DNA from: Thermomicrobiales bacterium
Lineage (GTDB): Bacteria; Chloroflexota; Chloroflexia; Thermomicrobiales; UBA6265
Direction of reading: 5' to 3'
Assembly: GCA_045804965.1 (NCBI GenBank)
Contig: JBJMMD010000016.1
Coordinates: forward strand, 293,642-357,641
Length of the DNA stretch: 64,000 bases
Shown here: in pieces, positions 55,673 to 64,000 of the stretch
Position numbering within the stretch: position 1 is the stretch's first letter
How the letters are laid out: every line of letters starts with the position of its first letter
Position numbers and translations under genes: made by a program
The notes under the pieces: model-generated
What the model saw: only the letters and a program-made list of their open reading frames with translations
Database searches by the model: none
What the model was told of the DNA's origin: nothing

Positions 55673-56203
55673 ATGGCCAAGTCGAACAATGCAGCATCGC
55701 AGGACGACCAGCACCGTCCTTTACTCACCCATTTCGACGAATCCGGCCGCGCCCGCATGGTCGACGTCGGCGCCAAACCCTCGACCCAGCGTGTTGCCGT
55801 CGCCAGCGGCCGCATCGTCATGCAGCCCGATACAATCACCGTGATTCGCGAGGGCCGCGCGGCCAAGGGCGATGTCCTTGCCGTCGCCCAGGTGGCCGCG
55901 ATCATGGCCGCTAAGAAAACCCATGACATCATCCCCATGTGCCACCCGTTGCTGTTGACCAAGATCGCGGTCAACTTCGAACTCGACGACATCGGCGTGA
56001 ATATCACCGCTCAAGTCGAGACCCGCGGCCAAACCGGCGTCGAAATGGAAGCGCTCACCGCCGTTTCCGCCGCCGCCCTCACGATCTACGACATGGTCAA
56101 AGCCATCGACCGCGGTATGACGATCGAATCGATTCGCCTCGAACATAAATCTGGCGGCAAGAGCGGGAATTGGGAGCGAGGAGAGAACGGACCGTCATCC
56201 TGA
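55673..56203 (+). CDS. moaC: cyclic pyranopterin monophosphate synthase
   Basis: [40 protein letters not shown] and GVEMEALTA motifs. Confidence 0.85.
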   Translation: MAKSNNAASQDDQHRPLLTHFDESGRARMVDVGAKPSTQRVAVASGRIVMQPDTITVIREGRAAKGDVLAVAQVAAIMAAKKTHDIIPMCHPLLLTKIAVNFELDDIGVNITAQVETRGQTGVEMEALTAVSAAALTIYDMVKAIDRGMTIESIRLEHKSGGKSGNWERGENGPSS

Positions 56204-56294
56204 AGAACCCTTCTCGCGCTCACTTCGACGGAGCACCTTCTGGGATGTGAGGTCTGTTGCGCACCGCGGTTTCTGTAGGGTCGCGCGGTCGGAA

Positions 56295-56939
56295 TTATCC
56301 GCGGGGTAAACCGAAATGTCTCTCGACTAACCCGACCGTGTCGTCAATCGATCGCATTCCGTCAGTCGTCATGACCTTCAATCCTAAGGCCGTCGCTTCC
56401 GCCACAACTGCCTTCGCAAACGCCGCGTCTCGTGCCATCCAGTTTTCCCAGGCTTGTTCAGGATCAGAACAGTCTTTGACCACGTCATGGCGCCACGGAC
56501 GCTTTGCGTACTGCTCGCGCTGAAACGCCTCAGTCGGCACGATCCAAACAGCGCGATCTCTCGGGGTTCCAGCTTTGGCGAGCGAGGCTGGCAGGAGCGC
56601 CGCGCCCTCAGCGATGACCGCCGGAGCTGCGGGCAGGGATTGCACGTCGTTGACGATGAGCGGGAATTCCTCCCGGTAGAGTGTCAGCTCATCCGCAACT
56701 TGTTGCTCGACGCTCCGGAGCAGCCACACCTCTTCGGGCGTCGCGCGGCCGGCGCGATAAAGGCGTGGAAATTGGTCGGGAGAAGCTACCTCAAGGTGGC
56801 GAAAATAGGCTTCATCGCAGTTGTAGAGCGTGAACGCGTACTTCGCCGCAATTGTCTCGGCGACCGTACTCTTTCCCGAGCACGGCGATCCGCCGATCCA
56901 GTACACGGGAAGGCGCCCATTAGCCTGCGAGTCGTTCAT
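56295..56939 (-). CDS. P-loop NTPase/kinase-like hypothetical protein
   Basis: Walker A GGSPCSGKST, 214 aa. Confidence 0.55.
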   Translation of the reverse strand: MNDSQANGRLPVYWIGGSPCSGKSTVAETIAAKYAFTLYNCDEAYFRHLEVASPDQFPRLYRAGRATPEEVWLLRSVEQQVADELTLYREEFPLIVNDVQSLPAAPAVIAEGAALLPASLAKAGTPRDRAVWIVPTEAFQREQYAKRPWRHDVVKDCSDPEQAWENWMARDAAFAKAVVAEATALGLKVMTTDGMRSIDDTVGLVERHFGLPRG

Positions 56940-57147
56940 CGTCGGCGATCATAACCTGGATGATGCGGCGAGGGCTTGCAATCTCAGCCGAGCATTCGAC
57001 TTCGAGGCTGCGAGAATCGGGCTTGCTTCTCGTGGGCGAACGCGCGCAAACCTTGGTACCATCCGTTTGTCCTCTGGATCCGAATCATGGCCGCCGATGG
57101 CCGGCGGCACCAACGCGGCCGTTTGACCTGAACAAGGGAGGGAGCGA

Positions 57148-58236
57148 ATGGACATGGATCAGATTGCGCGAGCGCGGATGAATCGTCGCCGGCTCGTCGG
57201 CACCTCACTTGCCATTCCGGCGCTGGCGGTGCTTCCGCTCAGCGTTCGCCGCGCACTTGCGCAAGACAAGATTTCCGTGACGATGGTCACCGACACCGCG
57301 GGTCTCGGCGACCAGAACTTCAACGACCTCGCGGACTCAGCCGGCAAGAAGGCAGCCGCTGACTTCGGCATCACCTGGAAAGTCATTGAGTCGCAGAATG
57401 CAGCGGATTATGTACCTAATCTGACCGCTGCCGCTGAGCAAAGTGGGCTGTCGATCGGGGTCGGTTACCTGCTGACCGACGCGATAGCTGCCGTCGCTAC
57501 GCAGTTCTCCGACAACAAATTCCTGCTCATTGATTCAGTAGTAGAGCCGACAAACGTCCGCTCCGTAACCTTCAAAGAGCAAGAAGGCGCCTTCCTTGCC
57601 GGGGTCGCCGCCGCACTTACCACCAAGACCAACAAGCTTGGCGTCGTCGGCGGTGAGAAGATTCCGCCAGTCATTCGGTATCAAGTCGGCTTCCAGGCTG
57701 GCGTGAAGTCGATCAATGAAGACGCTGAGGTCACCGTCAGCTACGTGAACTCCTTCGACGATGTACAGCTCGGGAAGGAACTTGCGCTTGCGCAATTCAA
57801 TCAAGGCGCGGACATCGTCTTCCCAGTCGCGGGCAGGAGTGGCATCGGGGGATATGAAGCGGTCAAGGAGAAGGGTCAGGGCTTCTGGGTGATCGGCGCC
57901 GATGTCGATCAGGATCACCTCGCGCCCGGATTCCAACTCTGCGTTTCTCGGAAGGGCGTCGATACCGCGGTCTATGACACGATCAAATCGGTGGTGGACG
58001 ACGAGTTCGCGGGTGGCCCGGCGAACCTCGGCATCAAGGAGGGATACATTTCGCTGCAGACACCGGGCAATCGAGTCGATTCCGAGACGCTCGCGCTCGC
58101 CGGTGGCTATCAAAAGGCGATCGTCGAAGGAACGATCGTCGTGCCGACGACTGAAGACGAGCTGGCTTCGTTCCAGGTGCCTCCGCAGCCGTCTCCGGTG
58201 CCGGTCGCCTCACCAGAAGGCACGCCAACATCCTGA
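57148..58236 (+). CDS. BMP-family (PnrA/Med-like) ABC substrate-binding protein with a Tat signal
   Basis: MNRRRLVGTSLAIPALA signal. TDTAGLGDQNFND and GVGYLL motifs. Confidence 0.8.
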   Translation: MDMDQIARARMNRRRLVGTSLAIPALAVLPLSVRRALAQDKISVTMVTDTAGLGDQNFNDLADSAGKKAAADFGITWKVIESQNAADYVPNLTAAAEQSGLSIGVGYLLTDAIAAVATQFSDNKFLLIDSVVEPTNVRSVTFKEQEGAFLAGVAAALTTKTNKLGVVGGEKIPPVIRYQVGFQAGVKSINEDAEVTVSYVNSFDDVQLGKELALAQFNQGADIVFPVAGRSGIGGYEAVKEKGQGFWVIGADVDQDHLAPGFQLCVSRKGVDTAVYDTIKSVVDDEFAGGPANLGIKEGYISLQTPGNRVDSETLALAGGYQKAIVEGTIVVPTTEDELASFQVPPQPSPVPVASPEGTPTS

Positions 58237-58343
58237 TCGCTTAATCAATGCGAGGAGGCGGGAAGCGAACCATGAGCGTAGTATCTTGAGACTGCGCCCG
58301 TGACCAATCTTCTCGCCTCTACGCGTTTGTTTGAGGTTGTGGT

Positions 58344-59891
58344 ATGAGCCAGGCGCCAACGTCGCCGCCAGCCGTCGAGATGCGGGGAATCGTCAAGCGC
58401 TTCCCCGGCGTCGTTGCCAATGACGGCGTTGAGCTGAGCATCAGCAAGGGCGAAATTCACGCGCTACTTGGCGAAAATGGCGCCGGCAAATCGACGCTGA
58501 TGAACATCCTCTTCGGCCTGTATCACCCCGATGAAGGCGAGATCTTCATCGATGGCCGTCCGGTCAGATTTCATGGACCGCGTGACGCGGTCAATGCCGG
58601 TCTCGGCATGGTCCATCAGCACTTCATGCTCATCCCGCGCTTTACGGTGACCGAAAACGTCATCCTCGGCTCGGAAGGCGACGCGGTCCGCCTCGATCGC
58701 GACGCGGCCGCAACACGAGTCAACCGCATCGCGGAGGATTATGGCCTCCGCGTCGATCCCGATGCGGTCTTGGGCGATTTGCCGGTTGGGATGCAGCAGC
58801 GAGTTGAAATCCTGCGCACGCTCTATCAGGGCGCGCGCACACTCATCCTCGACGAGCCCACCGCCCTGCTCACGCCCCAGGAGGTCGACGAGCTCTATGG
58901 AATCCTCGGTCGCTTGCGTGAGGGTGGTGGGACGATCATTTTCATTACTCATAAACTCCGCGAAGTCGCCGCGATCAGCGATCGGGTCACGGTAATTCGC
59001 CGCGGCAAAACCGTCGGTACCCGCATCACACGCGACACGACCGCGCCCGAACTCGCCGAGATGATGGTCGGGCGCGAAGTTTTGCTTCGCGTCTCACGTC
59101 CTCCTGCCGTGCCGGGCGAGCCGATCTTGGTCGCCCGCGAGCTGACGCTGCGCCGGGATGGCGGAGTGAATGCGCTCGATGGGCTCAGCCTCGAGGTTCG
59201 CCGCCGCGAGATCGTCGGCATCTGCGGCGTCGAGGGGAATGGGCAAACCGAACTTGTGGAAACCCTCGCTGGTCTCCGCCGTCCGGATTCCGGCATGGTC
59301 CACCTCAACGGAGTCGACGTTACCGGCTTGGGACCCCACGAGTTGCGCCTTGCTGGACTCGCGTACATCCCGGAGGACCGGCATCATCGCGGTCTGGTGT
59401 TGCCGTTTTCGCTGACCGAAAACGTGCTCCTCGGCAACGCCGAAGACGAGCCGTTCAGCAAGGGTGGGCGTATCGACTACAACACGAGTGAGAAGATTAC
59501 GACTCAATTGATGTCCGAGTACGACGTCCGCGCGCCGTCGGCCAAGGTCACGGCAGCGACGCTTTCAGGCGGGAATCAACAGAAACTGATTATTGCCCGC
59601 GAGCTTCATCGCGAACCGGACGTGTTGCTGGCCGTGCAACCAACGCGCGGTCTCGATGTCGGCGCGATCGAATTTGTCCACAAGCAGCTAGTCAGCGAAC
59701 GCGATAAGGGCCGCGGCGTGTTGCTCATTTCGTTCGATCTGGATGAAATCTTGGATCTGAGCGACCGTCTGTTGGTGCTCTTCCAGGGGAAGATCGTGGG
59801 CGATTTCGTCAGCGGCGGCGTCTCGCGCACCGAGCTAGGCCTGCGGATGGGAGGCCGGAGCAGCGATGAGCATGCGGCCGTCGAGGTCTAG
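58344..59891 (+). CDS. ABC transporter ATPase with duplicated nucleotide-binding domains (nucleoside/simple-sugar type)
   Basis: 515 aa. GENGAGKST, then a second NBD with GVEGNGQ, and LSGGNQQK. Confidence 0.85.
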   Translation: MSQAPTSPPAVEMRGIVKRFPGVVANDGVELSISKGEIHALLGENGAGKSTLMNILFGLYHPDEGEIFIDGRPVRFHGPRDAVNAGLGMVHQHFMLIPRFTVTENVILGSEGDAVRLDRDAAATRVNRIAEDYGLRVDPDAVLGDLPVGMQQRVEILRTLYQGARTLILDEPTALLTPQEVDELYGILGRLREGGGTIIFITHKLREVAAISDRVTVIRRGKTVGTRITRDTTAPELAEMMVGREVLLRVSRPPAVPGEPILVARELTLRRDGGVNALDGLSLEVRRREIVGICGVEGNGQTELVETLAGLRRPDSGMVHLNGVDVTGLGPHELRLAGLAYIPEDRHHRGLVLPFSLTENVLLGNAEDEPFSKGGRIDYNTSEKITTQLMSEYDVRAPSAKVTAATLSGGNQQKLIIARELHREPDVLLAVQPTRGLDVGAIEFVHKQLVSERDKGRGVLLISFDLDEILDLSDRLLVLFQGKIVGDFVSGGVSRTELGLRMGGRSSDEHAAVEV

Positions 59892-61008
59892 TTTCGGTCA
59901 TTTCCTCCGCGGGACCGCGCTCGGCGCGATCCTCAGCTCGTTGGCGGCAGTAGTCGTCGCCCTCCTGATCGGCTTTCTCATCATTCTCATTTCCGGCGAC
60001 GATCCGGTCGAGGCCTATCGCGCGCTCTTCCACGGCGCCGTCGGCGACAAGCGGGGTATTGGCGAAACGCTCGTGCTCTCGACGCCTCTGCTCTTGGCGG
60101 GACTTGCCTTCGCGATCCCGTTCCGCGCCGGGATGTTCAACATCGGCGCGGAAGGACAGCTTGTGATTGGCGGCCTGGCCGCGGGACTCGTGGGCGCGGT
60201 CGATCTTGGCCTACCCATATATCTCCACCTACCGCTGGCGTTGCTCGCGGCTGCCGTGGCGGGCGGACTTTGGGGGGCGATTCCTGGCGCCTTGAAGGCC
60301 TGGTCCGGCGCGCACGAAGTCATCACCACGATCATGCTCAATTACATCGCGTTCCGCGTGGTCGCGTACACGTTGAATGAGGCAGATAGCTGGTTGCCGG
60401 TCAACCCGATGTTGCAAGCGTCCGATCCCGTCGAAAAGTCCGCCAAGTTGCCGATTATCTTGCACGGCACGCGTTTGCACGCCGGCTTCTTGCTTGCGCT
60501 CGCCGCGGCCGCGGTGCTCTGGTATCTGCTCTTCCGGACAATATTTGGTTATCGGATTCGCACCGTCGGCTCTAGCCGAGGAGCCGCCGACTACGCCGGT
60601 TTCTCCTGGAAGCGCACGATCATCGTCGCGATGTTCACCGGCGGGCTGATGGCCGGTCTCGGCGGGGCCGCCGAAAACCTCGGCTTGCAAGGGCGCGTCT
60701 ACAACATTTCACCCGGCTATGGATTCACCGCGATTGCCGTCGGTCTCGTCGGCCGCAATCATCCCCTTGGGATCGTGCTCGCCGCGTTGCTCTTTGGCGC
60801 ATTGCGATCGGGCGCGACTGAGATGCAAAACACCGCCGGAACTTCGAAAGAGCTCGTTCAAATCCTACAAGGACTGGTGATTTTGTCCGTGTCGGGATTC
60901 TCGTCGATCGGGTACTTGATGCGAAGACGAACGACGCGGCGGCGGGCCGAACCCGCGGTCACGACGACCGTCGGCGTCGAGCCTGGATATGAAAATCCGG
61001 CGATCTAG
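59866..61008 (+). CDS. ABC transporter permease (BPD_transp_2 type)
   Basis: 380 aa, multi-TM. It overlaps the end of the ATPase gene. Confidence 0.75.
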   Translation: MSMRPSRSSFGHFLRGTALGAILSSLAAVVVALLIGFLIILISGDDPVEAYRALFHGAVGDKRGIGETLVLSTPLLLAGLAFAIPFRAGMFNIGAEGQLVIGGLAAGLVGAVDLGLPIYLHLPLALLAAAVAGGLWGAIPGALKAWSGAHEVITTIMLNYIAFRVVAYTLNEADSWLPVNPMLQASDPVEKSAKLPIILHGTRLHAGFLLALAAAAVLWYLLFRTIFGYRIRTVGSSRGAADYAGFSWKRTIIVAMFTGGLMAGLGGAAENLGLQGRVYNISPGYGFTAIAVGLVGRNHPLGIVLAALLFGALRSGATEMQNTAGTSKELVQILQGLVILSVSGFSSIGYLMRRRTTRRRAEPAVTTTVGVEPGYENPAI

Positions 61009-61038
61009 CGCTCGCGAGCGGATGAACGGGAGTCGACG

Positions 61039-61920
61039 TTGGGGGATTTCTTTACTGTAGCTCTGCTCACCGCGACGTTGCGGTTCACGACGCCGCTGCT
61101 CTTCGCGGCGATGGGCGGGTTGCTCTCCGAACGCTCGGGCGTGATGAATATCGCGCTCGAAGGCTTCATGCTCGTCGGCGCGTTCTCGTCAGTCATTGGC
61201 ACGTATTACCTGCATAGCCCCTGGCTCGGATTAGTGTGCGGACTGCTCGCCGCAGGCGCCTCCGCCGGGATCCATGCCTTTTGGTGCATTACGCTGCGGG
61301 CCGATCAGATCGTGGCGGGCACTGCCATCAATCTCCTCGGCGCGGGCGTTCCGGCTTTTCTCTTGCAGCGCCTGTTTGGCGTCTCCGGGCGCTCACCGCA
61401 AGTCGAGAAGCTGCCGAACTTCGCAAATGGCGTCAACGTGCTCGTGCCCGTGGCCTTCATCCTTGTCCCGGTCATTCACTACCTGCTCTTCTCGACCAAA
61501 CCTGGTCTCCGAATCATGGCCTCGGGCGAGCACCCCCAGGCGGCCGAAGCGGTCGGCATCAACGTGACCATCTTCCGCTACACCTGCGTGATCGCGAGCG
61601 GTGTGCTCGCCGGCGCCGGCGGCGCGTTTCTCTCGATCGGAGATGTCCCGATCTACACAACCGGGATGACCCAGGGCCGCGGCTTTATCGCCCTGGCGGC
61701 GGTGATTTTTGGCAACTGGACCCCCATCGGCACGTTAGGCGCGTCGTTTCTCTTCGGCGCTTCGCAGGCGTTCCAGGTTCAGGCGCAAGCGGCCGGGTTG
61801 CCGATCTCGAAGGACCTGCTAGTGGTGCTGCCGTACGTCTTGACCCTCGTTGCCATCACCGGGCTCGTCCGCCATTCACGGCCGCCCGCCGGTCTCGGCC
61901 AACACGCGACCGCGGAATAA
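61039..61920 (+). CDS. ABC transporter permease (BPD_transp_2 type)
   Basis: 293 aa. TTG start with GGGAG 6 nt upstream. Confidence 0.75.
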   Translation: MGDFFTVALLTATLRFTTPLLFAAMGGLLSERSGVMNIALEGFMLVGAFSSVIGTYYLHSPWLGLVCGLLAAGASAGIHAFWCITLRADQIVAGTAINLLGAGVPAFLLQRLFGVSGRSPQVEKLPNFANGVNVLVPVAFILVPVIHYLLFSTKPGLRIMASGEHPQAAEAVGINVTIFRYTCVIASGVLAGAGGAFLSIGDVPIYTTGMTQGRGFIALAAVIFGNWTPIGTLGASFLFGASQAFQVQAQAAGLPISKDLLVVLPYVLTLVAITGLVRHSRPPAGLGQHATAE

Positions 61921-62067
61921 TCAAGCGACGTAAGCCCTGTCATACCCAGCACCCGCGCCATCAGCGCCCGCTCGTCATCGTTGGTTGAGAAACATTGGCG
62001 TCACGCATGCCCGCCCTCCGCGAACGCCTCGGTGCACTCCGGCGAAAAGTGCGACGCAGACGCAAGC

Positions 62068-62095
62068 TAGACCGTTCCGCTCCGAATGCTAGAAT
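62068..62095 (+). promoter_or_regulatory. candidate promoter upstream of the alcohol dehydrogenase
   Basis: TAGACC (62068-62073), 16 nt, TAGAAT (62090-62095). Confidence 0.3.
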
Positions 62096-62152
62096 CGGCC
62101 AATTCTGCCAGTGTCTCGATGCGGCCGGGCTTAGACAGAGACGGAGCGGCGC

Positions 62153-63424
62153 ATGACGGAAACTCTCCTCAATTTGGTCTCCCGCGATCTCTTGCTCGAC
62201 ATTCCGCCCATGCCGCGCGCTTTGATCGGCGCCGGGCTTTATCAACGCGCCGGCATCGAAGCAAAAGAGATGGGCTTCAAGCGGGCGTTGATCGCGACAA
62301 CGGGGCTGCGCGGCACGGGCATCGTCGAGGAAATCGCGGCGCTGCTCAAGACCGAAGGTGTCGAGCCAATTATCTACGACCAGATTGAGTCGAACCCTAA
62401 AGACACGAACGTGATGGACCTGTACCAGCTCTACACCAGCGAGCGCTGCGATGGCTACGTTTCGATCGGCGGGGGCAGCGCGCACGATGCGACGAAGGGT
62501 GCGCGCTTCGTCGGCGCGCACGACGGCCGGGCAATCAACGAGTTCCGCGGCGCCCCGCATGCCCAGCGCGCGCCAACCCCGCCCCATATCGCGATCAACA
62601 CCACGTCCGGCACCGGCTCCGAGACGACCAAGATGTCAGTTCTGACTGATACAACCTCCGACGATGCGCCGCGCAAGTGGGTCATACGCTCGGATGCAAC
62701 CGTGCCCACCATCGGAATCAACGACCCCGTGCTGCACATGACCATGCCAGAAGATCTCACCGCGTTCTGTGGCTACGACGTGATCGCGCATGCCAGCGAA
62801 ACCTTCTTCTCGCCACACGCAAATCCTCATTCGCGCGCTCTGGCCACGGAATCGCTGCGGCTCGTCGCGACCAACTTGCGCGAATCCGTTGCCAATCCGA
62901 ACAACTACGAGGCGCGGACGAACGTGATGTGGGCGCAGTGGATGGCAGCGATGAGCTTCATGAGTGGCAAACTCGGAATCGTCCACGGTATCTCGCACGC
63001 TGTCAGCGCCTACTATGACACGCACCACGGGCTGAACTGCGGCATCATCTTGCCGCGTGCGTTGGCGGATGCGGCGGCAGTGGCGCCGCGGGCGGTTGCG
63101 GAAATCGCGCGCTGCATGGGCGAGGAAACGACCGGGCTTTCGCCGTCGCGCGCAGCCGATAAGGCGGTCGAGGCGATGGCCAGATTACTGACCGATCTCG
63201 AAACGCCGCAGAATTTCACATCGATCCGCAAGTACACGAATTCGCGCATGGGCATGGGCCCGTATGTCGACTGGGGGGGCGAGCAGATCACGGGCGATGC
63301 GACGGACATCGAGCGCGTGACGAGGCACATCATCGAGGAGGGCCCATTTCAATTCAGCGCTCGCCCGATGACGCCGGAACGGATCCGCGCGATGGTGACC
63401 GAGACGATGACCGAAACGCTCTAG
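62153..63424 (+). CDS. group-III (iron-type) alcohol dehydrogenase, resembling nicotinoprotein NDMA-dependent methanol/alcohol dehydrogenases (Mno/ThcE type)
   Basis: 423 aa. FPRALIGAG.., FKRALIATTGLRGTGI, ESNPKD, SIGGGSAHDATKGAR, AHDGRAINEF, PPHIAINTTSGTGSETT and GIVHGISHAVSAYYDTHHGLN. The subclass call rests on recalled similarity and protein length. Confidence 0.7.
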   Translation: MTETLLNLVSRDLLLDIPPMPRALIGAGLYQRAGIEAKEMGFKRALIATTGLRGTGIVEEIAALLKTEGVEPIIYDQIESNPKDTNVMDLYQLYTSERCDGYVSIGGGSAHDATKGARFVGAHDGRAINEFRGAPHAQRAPTPPHIAINTTSGTGSETTKMSVLTDTTSDDAPRKWVIRSDATVPTIGINDPVLHMTMPEDLTAFCGYDVIAHASETFFSPHANPHSRALATESLRLVATNLRESVANPNNYEARTNVMWAQWMAAMSFMSGKLGIVHGISHAVSAYYDTHHGLNCGIILPRALADAAAVAPRAVAEIARCMGEETTGLSPSRAADKAVEAMARLLTDLETPQNFTSIRKYTNSRMGMGPYVDWGGEQITGDATDIERVTRHIIEEGPFQFSARPMTPERIRAMVTETMTETL

Positions 63425-63438
63425 AGGCACGTGCTCGG

Positions 63439-64000
63439 ATGACGACCCAATTCGATCGCCCGGAAGACGTCCAACATGCCCTGCTGGCGCAGGGGTATCT
63501 CGCTGATCTCGCAACCGCGACCGTCGTTCTCCTTGGTCTGAAGCTCGACAAGCCATTGCTCGTCGAAGGCCCGGCCGGTGTTGGCAAAACCGCGCTCGCG
63601 ACCTCATGGGCGCAGGCGACGGCTCGCGACTTGATTCGGCTCCAATGCTATGACGGACTGGACGAAGCCCGAGCACTGTATGAGTGGTCCTACGGCAAGC
63701 AGTTGCTGGCAACCCAACTCGTGCGCGAACGCTTAAGCAAGGACCTTGCGGAAGCCGTGTCGCTGACCGACGCGCTCGCTCATCTCGAAGAAGGCGGCGC
63801 GGTCGACGCGTTCTTCTCCGAGCGCTTTCTCGTTCCCCGGCCGCTCTTGCAAGCGATCCGCTCGCCCACGCCCGTGCTGCTTCTGATCGACGAGGTCGAC
63901 CGCGCGGACGAAGCGTTCGAAGCGCTTCTGCTGGAAACGCTCAGCGATTATCAGGTCTCGGTGCCCGAACTCGGTCCCTTGCGCGCGACCCATGTGCCGG
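63439..64000 (+). CDS. MoxR-like AAA+ ATPase, N-terminal part (3-prime end outside the window)
   Basis: ATG at 63439 gives MTTQFDRPEDVQHALLAQGYLADL..LLVEGPAGVGKTALA (Walker A) and ..VLLLIDEVDRA (Walker B). It is absent from the ORF track because no stop lies in the window. Confidence 0.75.
   Translation, partial: MTTQFDRPEDVQHALLAQGYLADLATATVVLLGLKLDKPLLVEGPAGVGKTALATSWAQATARDLIRLQCYDGLDEARALYEWSYGKQLLATQLVRERLSKDLAEAVSLTDALAHLEEGGAVDAFFSERFLVPRPLLQAIRSPTPVLLLIDEVDRADEAFEALLLETLSDYQVSVPELGPLRATHVP

Noticed and set aside
61961-62587. A 208-aa minus-strand ORF spanning the intergenic region and the start of the alcohol dehydrogenase.
   Set aside because: It is antisense to a strongly supported gene, Arg/Ala-rich, and has no motifs.

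Overview
High-GC bacterial chromosomal segment. T-box leaders, a SAM-I riboswitch, twin-arginine signal peptides and a LysW pathway suggest a Chloroflexota/Thermomicrobia-like or Deinococcota-like lineage, but that is inference only. No searches or folding programs were run; everything comes from reading the sequence and ORF track and recalling family motifs. Start codons are often uncertain by tens of nt.

Layout:
(1) 1-13.2 kb is one minus-strand super-cluster for LysW (amino-group carrier protein)-dependent lysine/arginine biosynthesis. The order is argG, a T-box leader, two tandem ornithine-carbamoyltransferase-like genes, lysW, a degenerate RimK/LysX paralog, lysK, a second LysX/ArgX paralog, a promoter plus a second T-box leader, lysX, lysY, lysZ, a P-loop kinase-like gene and lysJ. 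Every non-overlapping gene junction in the cluster holds a palindromic REP/MITE-like element.
(2) 13.5-17.4 kb: a heterodimeric ABC exporter pair, both genes disrupted.
(3) 17.8-28.4 kb: two CUT1-type sugar ABC uptake loci, an orphan GAF histidine kinase, a LacI regulator and a Gfo/Idh/MocA oxidoreductase.
(4) 28.4-30.6 kb: an orphan 530-550 aa protein with a PD-(D/E)xK-like motif, plus a DinB protein.
(5) 30.7-33.6 kb: SAM-I riboswitch, then metX and metY.
(6) 33.8-64 kb is mixed. It holds a tandem GNAT, a DUF2089/YvlB-like/DUF4097 cassette, a frameshifted MFS gene, a LysN-like aminotransferase, AlaX, a LysM-C39-like peptidase, an ABC exporter, apt, a lysyl-oxidase-like secreted protein, a YafY/WYL regulator, DUF3224, DinB, a class-III aminotransferase, a LAL/LuxR regulator, moaC, a BMP-type nucleoside ABC importer, a nicotinoprotein-like group-III alcohol dehydrogenase and a partial MoxR ATPase.

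Most interesting points: two T-box leaders whose specifiers I read as Arg (CGC) and Lys (AAG) divide the LysW cluster. lysW itself carries a 2-nt insertion. The third RimK paralog lacks ATP-grasp catalytic motifs. Four genes in the window are disrupted, and three families of palindromic intergenic repeats are present.
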